Positions 11,840 to 21,121 of a DNA stretch of 64,000 nucleotides are shown one piece after another. How positions within the stretch are numbered: position 1 is the first letter of the stretch; each line of letters opens with the position of its first letter. The notes beneath the pieces are model-generated. The model saw nothing but the letters and a program-made list of their open reading frames with translations, was not told the origin of the DNA and searched no databases. The stretch is from Elusimicrobiota bacterium (GTDB lineage: Bacteria; Elusimicrobiota; Elusimicrobia; UBA1565): positions 1-64,000 of the forward strand of contig JBDRPD010000003.1 in the NCBI GenBank assembly GCA_043827405.1, given 5' to 3'. A program made the translations under genes and the position numbers.

Positions 11840-11880
11840 GATCGGGCGCGCGGCCGCCGCGCCGTGTAACAATCCCGATA

Positions 11881-11909
11881 TTGCGAAAAACTTCTTTATT
11901 CGCCATACT
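11881..11909 (+). promoter_or_regulatory. Putative sigma70 promoter of xdhC
   Basis: TTGCGA-17 nt-CATACT, ending 8 nt before the ATG at 11918. Confidence 0.55.
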
Positions 11910-11917
11910 AAAGTTCC

Positions 11918-12721
11918 ATGGAGTCAGCGCAGACACTAGGCGACTTCTCGGCGGATCTTCCGCGTCCGGCCGTGATGTGCACTATCGTAAAGGTAACGGG
12001 CAGCGCCCCGCAGCCTCCCGGCGTGCGGATGTGGGTGGCGGGCAACCGCGTTTCCGGGACGCTTGGCGGCGGCGAATTCGAGCGTCAGGTGCTGGAATAC
12101 GCGCGCGGCCTGCTGCAGAAAAGTGACGCCGAGCCGCACGTTAAGGAATACGTTTTGTGCAAGGAGATGGGGCAGTGCTGCGGCGGACGGGTGGAGATAT
12201 TCTTCGAGCCGGTCTCCCGGCGCAAGGCCATCCATATCTTCGGCGGCGGTCATGTGGGCCGGGCGCTGGCGCATGTTCTGTCCAAGACGCCTTTCGATCT
12301 GCATGTCGTAGATTCCCGCCCCGAATGGGCGGCGCGCGAGGGCCTGCCGGAGGGAGTACTGCCGCATTGCGTGGACGCTTTGCAGTATGCCCGCGGCCGG
12401 CAGTGGTCCGAGGAGGACGCGGTATGCCTCCTGACGCACAGCCATGACCTCGATTTCGCGCTGGTCAAGCAGTTCCTGCCCCTGCCGACCGGCTATCTCG
12501 GCATGATCGGCTCGGACCATAAGGCGACCGTGTTCCAAACTCGGCTGGCGCAGGAGAAGAAGGACCCGGAGACTCCGCGCTGGATCGAGCTTTGGGACGA
12601 GAAGATGCACTGCCCGATCGGATTGGAGATCAGCGGCAAGGATCCGAAGATTATCGCGATATCCATCGCCGCCGAAGTGCTGCAGAAGTGGGGGGGCAAG
12701 GTTTGCCGTGAGCGGGTTTAA
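11918..12721 (+). CDS. xdhC: Xanthine dehydrogenase accessory protein XdhC
   Basis: VTGSAP, GTLGGGEFE, GQCCGG, IFGGGHVG, LTHSHDLD, YLGMIGS, CPIGL, IAISIAAE. Confidence 0.92.
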   Translation: MESAQTLGDFSADLPRPAVMCTIVKVTGSAPQPPGVRMWVAGNRVSGTLGGGEFERQVLEYARGLLQKSDAEPHVKEYVLCKEMGQCCGGRVEIFFEPVSRRKAIHIFGGGHVGRALAHVLSKTPFDLHVVDSRPEWAAREGLPEGVLPHCVDALQYARGRQWSEEDAVCLLTHSHDLDFALVKQFLPLPTGYLGMIGSDHKATVFQTRLAQEKKDPETPRWIELWDEKMHCPIGLEISGKDPKIIAISIAAEVLQKWGGKVCRERV

Positions 12722-13286
12722 CGTCTATTTGCTGGCGGCCGGGCGCGGCCGCAGGGCCGGCGGCCCGAAAGCCTGGCTTACCCATGAGGGGATGCCGCTG
12801 CTGGAGAAGCAGGTGCGTTTCCTGCTCGGCCGCTGCGCTCCCGCGCGCGTCGCCGTGACGGTGCAGGAGGAGTGGCTGCCGCGCTGCCGCGCGGAGCTGC
12901 ACGCGGAGGTGCGCTGGACCGCGGTCGATCCCGACGCCCAGCCGCTGCGCTCCCTGCAGGCGCTGCTCGCGGCCGCGCCGGTTACCGGCTGGACGTTTTT
13001 ATACCATGTCGATATGCCGGTCTGGGACGACCGGCTCTTCGACCAGCTGCAGGAGCGCGTGCCGGAGGCGGAAGCTGCCGGCGCTGAGGCCGTTGTCCCG
13101 GTCAAGGACGGCCGCGGCGGCCATCCGATACTCCTGTCGCCGGACGCGTGCGGCGCCCTGGGAGCGCTCGATCCTGATAATGACCGACTGGATTATTGGC
13201 TGCGCAATCGCCGGGTGGACCGCGCGGCGGTCCCGTTCGCGGCCATACATGAAAACTGGAACCAAGGGAGCGTTACCCCCCAATGA
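12708..13286 (+). CDS. Molybdenum cofactor cytidylyltransferase-like nucleotidyltransferase (MocA/MobA family)
   Basis: LLAAGRGRRAGGPKA, VDMP, GRGGHPILL; overlaps xdhC. Confidence 0.8.
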   Translation: MSGFNVYLLAAGRGRRAGGPKAWLTHEGMPLLEKQVRFLLGRCAPARVAVTVQEEWLPRCRAELHAEVRWTAVDPDAQPLRSLQALLAAAPVTGWTFLYHVDMPVWDDRLFDQLQERVPEAEAAGAEAVVPVKDGRGGHPILLSPDACGALGALDPDNDRLDYWLRNRRVDRAAVPFAAIHENWNQGSVTPQ

Positions 13287-14044
13287 AAACTCACCTAATC
13301 GCAGGCTTTATCCTTCTGGCGGGCTTCGGGTCCGCCGCCGCACAGCTGGAGCCGTCGGCGCCGGAGGTGGAGCAGCTGGCTTATTTCCCGTCTATGCTGG
13401 GCACCAAGAACCTCTATATCACCTTTTACGCCAGCCGGAAGCATGAGCAACGGCAGGTATCCGAAAAGACTTACTGGGATGAGGTGGTGGAGACCGTTAT
13501 CATTCACGGCTTTCGCGTCGTGGTGGTGCGCAGTTCAACGGGGACGCTGAGCCAGAAAGACGGGGCATGGGTCTATGGTCAGGCGGAAGCGGCGGTCAAC
13601 GAAAGCGTCTACGTGATCACTTCCGCCGGCGTCGTCCTGTATTCCGTCTATGCCGTGTCGGACGGCACGGAGGCCGGCTACGCCCAGCGCCGCAATGAGC
13701 TGATCAAGACGCTCGCCGATACCTCGCGCGCGGAGTTTATCGAAGAGCTGCAGAACTGGATCCTGCCGTTTCCGGTAAAGGCCGGCCTGGTTCGCAAGTG
13801 GAACGTGGACGCGAACTCGTATTATAAGGTCCTGCGCAGCGGCGACAAGCGCTTCGTTAACAAGCTGCACCGAAAGAAAGCCTTCGGCGTCGCCGGATTC
13901 ATCGGCGGTGAATGGGGCATGACGCGCTGGTTCGTTCCGGGCAAGGGCCTCGTGCTCTTCGAGGCGTATAATCGCGACGACGGCGTCGACACCGACAAGT
14001 TTCCCTTCAAGGTCAAAGCATTGGCCGTTTACGCCGGCGACTAG
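13283..14044 (+). CDS. Exported hypothetical protein
   Basis: Signal peptide ending in SAAA; beta-rich; C-terminal TRWFVPGKGLV; ATGA overlap with the upstream stop. Confidence 0.7.
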   Translation: MKTHLIAGFILLAGFGSAAAQLEPSAPEVEQLAYFPSMLGTKNLYITFYASRKHEQRQVSEKTYWDEVVETVIIHGFRVVVVRSSTGTLSQKDGAWVYGQAEAAVNESVYVITSAGVVLYSVYAVSDGTEAGYAQRRNELIKTLADTSRAEFIEELQNWILPFPVKAGLVRKWNVDANSYYKVLRSGDKRFVNKLHRKKAFGVAGFIGGEWGMTRWFVPGKGLVLFEAYNRDDGVDTDKFPFKVKALAVYAGD

Positions 14045-14071
14045 GTTCGCTTCCCGCCGCTGCGCCAGGGG

Positions 14072-15409
14072 ATGCTGTTTCTCAGCCCAACCAAGCGTTC
14101 GCTGCTGAAGATCGCCCTGCCGGCGGTCTCAGGGTTTCTCGGCATGATGGTCTACCATATGGTGGACATCTTCTGGATCGCGAAGCTCGGGACCGAGACC
14201 GTCGCCGGCGTCGCCGCCTCCCAGTACTGGAGCTGGACCATCGAGGCGATCATGGGATTGACCACGATCGGCTGCGCGACCTTGATCTCGCAGTCGATCG
14301 GCGCCGGTCGTCCCGCGGGAGCCCGCGCCGCCGCGCGCGAGGCGGTGCAGTTAAGCTTCGTCCTCTCGCTGGGTATTATGGCGGTCTTCTATCCCGCGAT
14401 GCCGGCGCTGCTGCGCTGGGTCGGGCTGACGCCGGCCGCCCATAGCGAGGGGCTGACCTATATCCGGCTGCTTATCCTGGGGCTGCCGCTGATGCATATG
14501 GCGCTGCTGGGCAACCAGATATTCAACGCCCATGGCGACACCAAGACGGCGTTCACTATTATGACCGCGGCCTTGGTCGTCAACGCGACGCTCGACCCGA
14601 TCCTGATGTTCGGCTGGCTGGGGGCGCCGGCGATGGGCGTCGCCGGCGCGGCTTGGGCGAGCATTATCGGCTGGGCTATCGGCGTGGCCTTGCGGATATT
14701 CTTCCTGCGCCGCCGCGGTTTTATCCCGCCGTTCGCGGATTTCGCGCGGCCGAGCTTCGACTATTTCAAACGGATTCTCCATGTCGGCGCGCCGACGGCG
14801 GCGTCGCACTTGATCGGGACCACGATCTATCCGCTGCTGACGACGCTCATCACCGGCTTCGGCATGGCGGCGCTGGCGGGGATGACGATCGCGCACCGCT
14901 TCGAGAGCGTCGCCTACTTCACCTGCATGGGCTTCTCCATCGCCACCGCGACCATGGTCGGCCAAGCGGTCGGCCGCGGCGACGCCAAGGGCGCGTGCGC
15001 GATCGCTTATGAGGCGCGCACCTTGATTACCGCGATCCTCATCCCCATGTCCTGTGTCTTCGTCTTCATGCCCGAGGCCCTGCTGTCCTTGATCACCGAT
15101 GACCCGGCGGCGGTGGCGCATGGGGCCTCCTACCTGCGCAAGGTCGGCTACTTCGAGGTATTCCTGGGCTGGGAGTTCGTGTTTGAGGGGGGCTTTAACG
15201 GCCTCGGCAGCACCCGGCGCTATATGTATATCTCGGTGCCGCTGACGCTCATCCGCTATCCGGCGGCCTGGCTGCTGGTCTTTGTTTACAATCGCGCCGA
15301 CGTTATCTGGTGGTGCATCACCGTGTCGACGCTGCTCAAGGGGCTGGCCATGGCCTGGTCCTTCCGCCGCAGCCGGGCGGCCGATCTCGGCATCACGGCC
15401 GCGGTCTAG
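14072..15409 (+). CDS. MATE family efflux transporter
   Basis: About 12 hydrophobic segments; VDIFWIAKLG, GDTKTA, NATLDPILMFG, MGVAGAAWAS. Confidence 0.92.
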   Translation: MLFLSPTKRSLLKIALPAVSGFLGMMVYHMVDIFWIAKLGTETVAGVAASQYWSWTIEAIMGLTTIGCATLISQSIGAGRPAGARAAAREAVQLSFVLSLGIMAVFYPAMPALLRWVGLTPAAHSEGLTYIRLLILGLPLMHMALLGNQIFNAHGDTKTAFTIMTAALVVNATLDPILMFGWLGAPAMGVAGAAWASIIGWAIGVALRIFFLRRRGFIPPFADFARPSFDYFKRILHVGAPTAASHLIGTTIYPLLTTLITGFGMAALAGMTIAHRFESVAYFTCMGFSIATATMVGQAVGRGDAKGACAIAYEARTLITAILIPMSCVFVFMPEALLSLITDDPAAVAHGASYLRKVGYFEVFLGWEFVFEGGFNGLGSTRRYMYISVPLTLIRYPAAWLLVFVYNRADVIWWCITVSTLLKGLAMAWSFRRSRAADLGITAAV

Positions 15410-15415
15410 GTCCCG

Positions 15416-16642
15416 TCAGACGACGGCGCGCTTGGAGATGACCACGATGCCGTTCTCGGAGACCACGAAGCGCTTGCGGTCGGCTTCCAGGTCGTAGCCG
15501 ATCTCCATGCCTTCGGGGATGTGGACGTCCTTGTCGATGATGGCCTTGCGGATCTTGGCGCGCCGGCCGACCTGGACGTTTTGAAACAGGATGGAGTCCT
15601 CGATCAGGGAGTAGCTGTTGATGCGGACACTGTTGGAAAGAATGGAACGGTGGACCTCGCCGCCCGAGACGATGCAGCCGGTAGAGACCAAGGAGTCAAA
15701 CGCCCCGCCGACCCGCTTCTCCGGTCCCCTCAGGTCGAAGACGAACTTCGGCGGCGGCGCCATGGAAGCCCGGCGCCAGATGGGCCAGGAATTATCGTAT
15801 AGGTCAAGCAGGGGATCGGGCAGGATGAGGTCCATATTGGCTTCGTAGTAGGCGTCGATGGTGCCGACGTCGCGCCAGTACTTGTTGGACTTCTTGTTGA
15901 GATCGATGAAGCGGAAGGCGTAGGCCCAGTACTTGCCGATCATTTTGGGGAGGATGTTCTTGCCGAAATCGTGAGCGCTGGCGGTGTCCAACGCGTCCTC
16001 TTCCAGAACCTGTTCCAGCGTCTCGGCGCGGAAGACGTAAATTCCCATGGAGGCCAGGCAGACGTCGGGGTCGTTGGGCGTCGGGTTGGGATTTTCCGGC
16101 TTCTCCTGGAAGCTGATGATCCGCTCGTTCTCGTCGACCTGCAGGATGCCGAACGAGGAGGCCTCTCTTTTGGGCACTTCGACGGCCGCGACCGTCACAT
16201 CCGCCCCGCTATCCTCATGCGCCCGCAGAATCTGCTGGTAGTCCATCTTGTAGATATGGTCGCCGGAGACGATCAGGACGTGTTCGGGCTGCTCTTCGCG
16301 CACGGCGAACAGGTTCTGGTGGACGGCGTCGGCGGTGCCGGAATACCAGAGGTCGCCGAGGTTCTGCTGCGGGGGCAGCGTATCAATGAACTCCCCCTTG
16401 GCGCGGTTGAAGAAATGCGCCCAGCCGTAGCGGATATGTTCATTGAGCGAGCGGGAACGGTATTGGACGAGCACCAGGATCTTGGGCAGCTTGGAGTTTA
16501 CGCAGTTGGAAAGCGTGAAGTCGGCGATGCGGTAGCTGGCGCCGAAGGGGACCGCGGGTTTGGCCCGGTCACGGGTCAGCGGGTCGAGGCGCTGACCCTT
16601 GCCGCCGGCCAGCATGACCGTGAATACCTTGCTGACGTCCAT
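15416..16642 (-). CDS. glgC: Glucose-1-phosphate adenylyltransferase
   Basis: LAGGKGQRLDPLTRDRAKPAVPFG, WYSGTADA, SGDHIYKMDY, FQEKP, ASMGIY, YWRDVGT. Confidence 0.97.
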   Translation of the reverse strand: MDVSKVFTVMLAGGKGQRLDPLTRDRAKPAVPFGASYRIADFTLSNCVNSKLPKILVLVQYRSRSLNEHIRYGWAHFFNRAKGEFIDTLPPQQNLGDLWYSGTADAVHQNLFAVREEQPEHVLIVSGDHIYKMDYQQILRAHEDSGADVTVAAVEVPKREASSFGILQVDENERIISFQEKPENPNPTPNDPDVCLASMGIYVFRAETLEQVLEEDALDTASAHDFGKNILPKMIGKYWAYAFRFIDLNKKSNKYWRDVGTIDAYYEANMDLILPDPLLDLYDNSWPIWRRASMAPPPKFVFDLRGPEKRVGGAFDSLVSTGCIVSGGEVHRSILSNSVRINSYSLIEDSILFQNVQVGRRAKIRKAIIDKDVHIPEGMEIGYDLEADRKRFVVSENGIVVISKRAVV

Positions 16643-16667
16643 AAGCCCAGTATAGCAAAGGACGTAA

Positions 16668-17567
16668 TCAGTAAATATCCGGGCGGACGTCCCGGGGAAG
16701 GTCCCAGCCCACGGGGTCGGGATAGCTTTGCGCCGCGAGCTCCAGGCTGGAGATCACAAGGCTGGGATGCCGCGAGAGATTTTCCAGCCGCCCGCCGTCC
16801 GGCCCGGTGAAAAAGCTGTCGCCGAAAAACACGCGGTTCCATGGGCGCTCGGCGCCCATGCGGTTGGACTGGCCGATGAACAGGCGGTGGCGCGCGGCAT
16901 TGGTGCGCGCCTCGCTTTCCCAGAGGGTCTTGGCTTTGGCGCCGAACTCCGTGCCGGGGGCGAAAACGATCTGCGCGCCCTCTCGTGCCAAGGCCGCGAA
17001 GACCCCGTCGAAATGACGGTCATAGCCGAGGCATACGCCGAGCTTCCCCGCCGTGGTGGAAAACACCGGGAAGTAGGGCTCGGCGCAGCTGGGGTGAAAG
17101 TAGAAGGTCTCGTTCACCCCATCCGACTCGGTCTCTCCCTTCGGGATATGGGCCTTGCGGTACTTCCCGAGCAGCAGCCCGTGTTCGTTTATCACCAGCG
17201 CCGTATTGAAGCGCTGGTCGAGCTTGCGATCGAGCTCGTAGATCGGCGCGATGAGCACGACGCCGTGAGCCGCCGCCGCCCGCGTAAGGGCGCGTGCCGT
17301 GGGCCCGGCCTCGGCGTTTTCGGCCAGCCTTCGCCACAGCGGCTCCTCGTCGAAGCAGAAGTAAGGAGCGATGCAGAGCTCGTTGAGACAGACGACGCGG
17401 GCGCCTTCGGCCGCCGCCTGTTCGATCAGCGCGATCTGGAAACGCAGGTTCTCTTCGCGGATGCGGTCCATGCTGCGCTCGAGGTCGCTTTGGTCCTTGC
17501 GGTCGGACGGCATGCCGCGGTAGGCGTTGACGGACTGGACCAGGGCGCAGCGAAGAGGCGGCGTCAC
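16668..17567 (-). CDS. Carbon-nitrogen hydrolase (beta-ureidopropionase/N-carbamoylamino acid hydrolase-like); canonical nucleophile position is Gly
   Basis: VVCLNEL, FNTA, YRKAHIP, ETFYF; GVCLGYDRHF where the family consensus is ICYDRHF. Confidence 0.85.
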   Translation of the reverse strand: MTPPLRCALVQSVNAYRGMPSDRKDQSDLERSMDRIREENLRFQIALIEQAAAEGARVVCLNELCIAPYFCFDEEPLWRRLAENAEAGPTARALTRAAAAHGVVLIAPIYELDRKLDQRFNTALVINEHGLLLGKYRKAHIPKGETESDGVNETFYFHPSCAEPYFPVFSTTAGKLGVCLGYDRHFDGVFAALAREGAQIVFAPGTEFGAKAKTLWESEARTNAARHRLFIGQSNRMGAERPWNRVFFGDSFFTGPDGGRLENLSRHPSLVISSLELAAQSYPDPVGWDLPRDVRPDIY

Positions 17568-17568
17568 G

Positions 17569-18420
17569 CTATTCGAGGAAGGATCGCAGAATCCGGCGGG
17601 AGGTCTCCAGGCGGTACTCCCGGGTTGAGCGAATGTCGTCGATCGGCGAGATGTCGCGCTGGACGCGGACGCAGGCTTCCGCGATGACGGCCCGGGTAAG
17701 CTTATTGCCCCGCAGGAAGCTCTCGACCGTCGCCAGCCGCCGCACCGTCGGTGCGACGCTGCCGAGCGCGAAGCGGAGTTCCTTGACCGCGCCGTCGCGT
17801 TTTAGCCACAGCAGGCCGGCGGCGCTCAGCTTGGAGATCGCCTGTGCGGCCCGCGTGCCGACTTTGCGGAACAGCTGGCGCGTCGGCCGCGCCGCGGGCG
17901 GCAGCTCGACCGCCGAGATCAGCTCGGCGCGGCGCAGCGTGGTCTTCTTGACTTCCGCGAAGACGTCAAGAAAGGGCAGCGTTCGTTCGCCCGCGGGCGA
18001 GACGGTCCGCACGACGGCCTCATAGACGGCGAGCGGAGTGAAGGTGTCGCCGGCGGGTGAGGCGTTGCCGATATTGCCGCCGAGGGTCCCGCGGTTCTGG
18101 ATCTGCTCGCCGCCGATGACCGCGCAGGCCTGCGCCAGCAGCGGGTAGTCCCGCCGGATTCGGGGGTCGTCGCGCAGCTGCGAGTGGGTGGCCAAGGCGC
18201 CGATGCGCAGTCCGCTCCTGCCGGCGCGGATATGCGTCCAGGCCTTGAGCGCCGAGAGATCGAGCAGGGTGCGGTCGTCCAAAAGGCCGGCGTTCCACCG
18301 CACCATGAAGTCGGTGCCTCCGGCTAATGGAGTCGCGTCCGGATTGCCGCCGTAGGCGCGCACCGCTTCCCGCGGCGTGCGCGGCCGGAGCAGCTTCATG
18401 CTCGGCGCCGAGCCCCTCAT
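17569..18420 (-). CDS. Xanthine dehydrogenase family FAD-binding subunit
   Basis: PLAGGTD, IGALAT, QIQNRGTLGGNIGNASPAGD, SPIDDIRSTREYR. Start placed at 18420 because of the ATGA overlap. Confidence 0.92.
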   Translation of the reverse strand: MRGSAPSMKLLRPRTPREAVRAYGGNPDATPLAGGTDFMVRWNAGLLDDRTLLDLSALKAWTHIRAGRSGLRIGALATHSQLRDDPRIRRDYPLLAQACAVIGGEQIQNRGTLGGNIGNASPAGDTFTPLAVYEAVVRTVSPAGERTLPFLDVFAEVKKTTLRRAELISAVELPPAARPTRQLFRKVGTRAAQAISKLSAAGLLWLKRDGAVKELRFALGSVAPTVRRLATVESFLRGNKLTRAVIAEACVRVQRDISPIDDIRSTREYRLETSRRILRSFLE

Positions 18421-18905
18421 CGCCGCGCCCCCTTTTTCCGGCCCTTCCCGGCCTGGGCCGCGATGACGCCCGCGATCGCGTCGACGATGTGCTGGTAGCC
18501 GGTGCAGCGGCAAAGATTGCCGGCGATGCGTTCGCGGATGGCCGCGGGGTCGGCGCTGCCGCCGCCTCTAACCCAGGCCAGTCCCGTCATCAGCATGCCG
18601 GGGGTGCAGATGCCGCACTGCGCCCCGCCCGTGCGCAGAAACGACTTCTGCAGGGCGTGCAGCCGCTTGAGGCTGCCGAGCGACTCGATCGTCTCAATGC
18701 GGCGGCCTTCCATTTGGGCGATGGGGATCAGGCAGGAGTTGACCGCCTTGCCGTCGACCAGGACGGTGCAGGCGCCGCACTCGCCCTCGCCGCAGCCTTC
18801 CTTGGTGCCGGTCAGGCCGAAGTCCTCCCGCAGGACGTCGATGAGGCGTTTGAATTCCGCCCCCCGGTAAACGCGTTTTGTCCGGTTAAGCGTGAACCGT
18901 ATCAT
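18417..18905 (-). CDS. Xanthine dehydrogenase family 2x[2Fe-2S] subunit
   Basis: GTKEGCGEGECGAC, AQCGICTPG, NLCRCTGY. Confidence 0.95.
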   Translation of the reverse strand: MIRFTLNRTKRVYRGAEFKRLIDVLREDFGLTGTKEGCGEGECGACTVLVDGKAVNSCLIPIAQMEGRRIETIESLGSLKRLHALQKSFLRTGGAQCGICTPGMLMTGLAWVRGGGSADPAAIRERIAGNLCRCTGYQHIVDAIAGVIAAQAGKGRKKGARR

Positions 18906-21121
18906 GACTTCGCTCTCCGTTTGGCGATGACTTCGGGCGTGATGGGGAGTTCGGGGATCAGAAATCCCGTCGCCTGCATGATCGCGGCGGCCGCCGCCGG
19001 CGCCGGACCGTCCATCGGCATCTCGCCGACGCCCTTGGCGCCGAAGGGACCGCGGGAATACGGCACCTCGACGATCTGTACATCCATCGGCGGAGTGTCG
19101 AGCGCGGTCGGGATGATATAGTCGGTAAAATTCGCGTTCTGCAATATGCCGTTCTTGTATACGGGGCGCTCCAGCAGCGCCCAGCCCAGGCCTTGGGCCG
19201 TGCCGCCCATGATCTGCCCTTCCACGATATTGGGATGCACCGCCTTGCCGATATCCTGCGCGGTGTAGACCTTGCGTACCCGCACCTCGGAGGTGGTCTT
19301 GTCCACTTCCACATCGGCGACCAGGCAGGCATAGCTGTAGCTGCCGTAGGCGTCGCCGCGGTAGGTCTTGTCGTCGAACTGGATTTCTTCGGGCTTGCGG
19401 TACTGGGCGGAGAAGCGCAGTTCGGTCCGTTGTCCCAGCAGACGGCGCGCGGCCCGGCGCAGGCCGGCAGGACTCCGGGGAAACGAGCCGGCGCTCTTGA
19501 TTACCGCTTTTTTCAGCTTCAGCGCCGCCTGATGCAGCAGCCCGCCGATGATCATAATGGTGCGGCTGGCCACGGTGGGTCCGCTATTGGGCACCTTATG
19601 GGTGTCCGGGACCTCCACGTCGACCCGGTCGTAGGGCAGGCCGAGCGTCTCGGCTACGATCTGCGCCAAGGTGCTTCCGGCGCCCTGGCCCATTTCGGTC
19701 GAGGAGACATGGACCCGCACCCGGCCGTCCCGGCGCAGCGCGACCTCGACGATGCTGGACAGGTAGACCTCGCCCGTGCCCGTGAAGCCCGAGCCGTGGT
19801 GGACCAATGACAGGCCGATCCCTTTCCAGGTCGGGTTTTTGGGATTGCGGTTGTGGCGTTCATAGTCCCGCCGCTTGCGCTCGTAGCCGCTCCGGCGTAC
19901 GGTCTTCTCCAGGACGATGGAAGCGCCGATGCTTTCGCGCAGGACCTGTCCGGTGGCCATTATTGAGCCGGCCTTGAAGATATTGCGGCGACGCAGCGTC
20001 AAAGAGTCAATGCCGGTCGCTTGCGCGATCTTCTCCCAGTGGAGCTCCGCGCCGAAGAGCGTCTGCGGCGCGCCGAAGCCGCGGAAGGCGCCGTTGGGCG
20101 GCGTATTGGTGGCCACCGAGCGGGCGCGGATGCGCGCGTTCGGACATTCGTAGGGGCCGGTCGAGTGCAGGATGCCGCGCGACAGCACCACCGGCGAGCA
20201 CGTCGTATAGGCGCCGCCGTCCATCAGGATGTCGATGTCGAGCGCCAGCAGGCGGCCGTCGCGGCTCAGTCCCGCGCGCCGCCGGACGATCGCGGGATGG
20301 CGCTTGGTCGTCGCCAGCATGTCCTCGTGTCGATCATAGATGAGCTTGACGGGACGGCGCGCCTTGCGGGCCAGCAGCGCGGCATGGCCGGAGATCATAT
20401 TGGGATATTCTTCCTTGCCGCCGAAGGCACCGCCGGTCGCCGCCTGAATGACGCGGACTTTCTCCGGCGGCAGGTTAAAGAGCGGCGCCAGCGCCTTGAC
20501 TACGTAGTAGGGGCACTGCAGTGATCCCATAATCACCAAGGTTCCGTCTTTCTCGAAATAGGCGGCGACGCCGTTGTTCTCGATATAGGCCTGCTCCTGG
20601 TGCGGGACGCGGAAGGTTTCCTCGACGATGTGGTGCGCCTGGGCGAAGCCCTTGCGGATGTCGCCGTGACGGATGCTGATGTCCTTGAAGATATTGTCCT
20701 TGCCGTGCAGCCGCCGCTTGCGGGCCAGGGAGTCCTTGATCGTTAGGACGGGTTTCTGCTCCGCGTAGTCTACATGGATGTGCCGGAGCGCTTCCTGCGC
20801 TTTCGCGTAGGAGCGGTGGGCGACAAGAAGGATCGGCTCCATCGCGTGCTTGATCTCCTTGTCGGCCAGCAGCGGCTGGTCGTTAACGATGAACAGCACT
20901 TTGTTTTCGCCCGGGATGTCCTTGGCCGAGGCCACGACGCATTCCCGCCACGGGAACTTGGGGTCGAAGCGGATGCGCTTGATCCGGCCGCAGGCGATGG
21001 TCGAGCGCAGGGTCGCGCCGTACAGGCAGCGCGGGAAGGTGACGTCGTCGATGTAGCGGGCGCGGCCGCTGACTTTGACCGCGCCGTCCTTGCGCATCTC
21101 GTTTCTGCCTACGGTTTTCAT
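18902..21121 (-). CDS. Xanthine dehydrogenase family molybdopterin-binding subunit
   Basis: GGAFGGK, AFRGFGAPQ, EMGQG, TVASR, GAKGVGE (catalytic Glu). Confidence 0.95.
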   Translation of the reverse strand: MKTVGRNEMRKDGAVKVSGRARYIDDVTFPRCLYGATLRSTIACGRIKRIRFDPKFPWRECVVASAKDIPGENKVLFIVNDQPLLADKEIKHAMEPILLVAHRSYAKAQEALRHIHVDYAEQKPVLTIKDSLARKRRLHGKDNIFKDISIRHGDIRKGFAQAHHIVEETFRVPHQEQAYIENNGVAAYFEKDGTLVIMGSLQCPYYVVKALAPLFNLPPEKVRVIQAATGGAFGGKEEYPNMISGHAALLARKARRPVKLIYDRHEDMLATTKRHPAIVRRRAGLSRDGRLLALDIDILMDGGAYTTCSPVVLSRGILHSTGPYECPNARIRARSVATNTPPNGAFRGFGAPQTLFGAELHWEKIAQATGIDSLTLRRRNIFKAGSIMATGQVLRESIGASIVLEKTVRRSGYERKRRDYERHNRNPKNPTWKGIGLSLVHHGSGFTGTGEVYLSSIVEVALRRDGRVRVHVSSTEMGQGAGSTLAQIVAETLGLPYDRVDVEVPDTHKVPNSGPTVASRTIMIIGGLLHQAALKLKKAVIKSAGSFPRSPAGLRRAARRLLGQRTELRFSAQYRKPEEIQFDDKTYRGDAYGSYSYACLVADVEVDKTTSEVRVRKVYTAQDIGKAVHPNIVEGQIMGGTAQGLGWALLERPVYKNGILQNANFTDYIIPTALDTPPMDVQIVEVPYSRGPFGAKGVGEMPMDGPAPAAAAAIMQATGFLIPELPITPEVIAKRRAKS

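Noticed and set aside
18421..18513. Longer start for the FAD subunit
   Set aside because: Overlaps the Fe-S gene; the ATGA overlap at 18420 is the plausible start.
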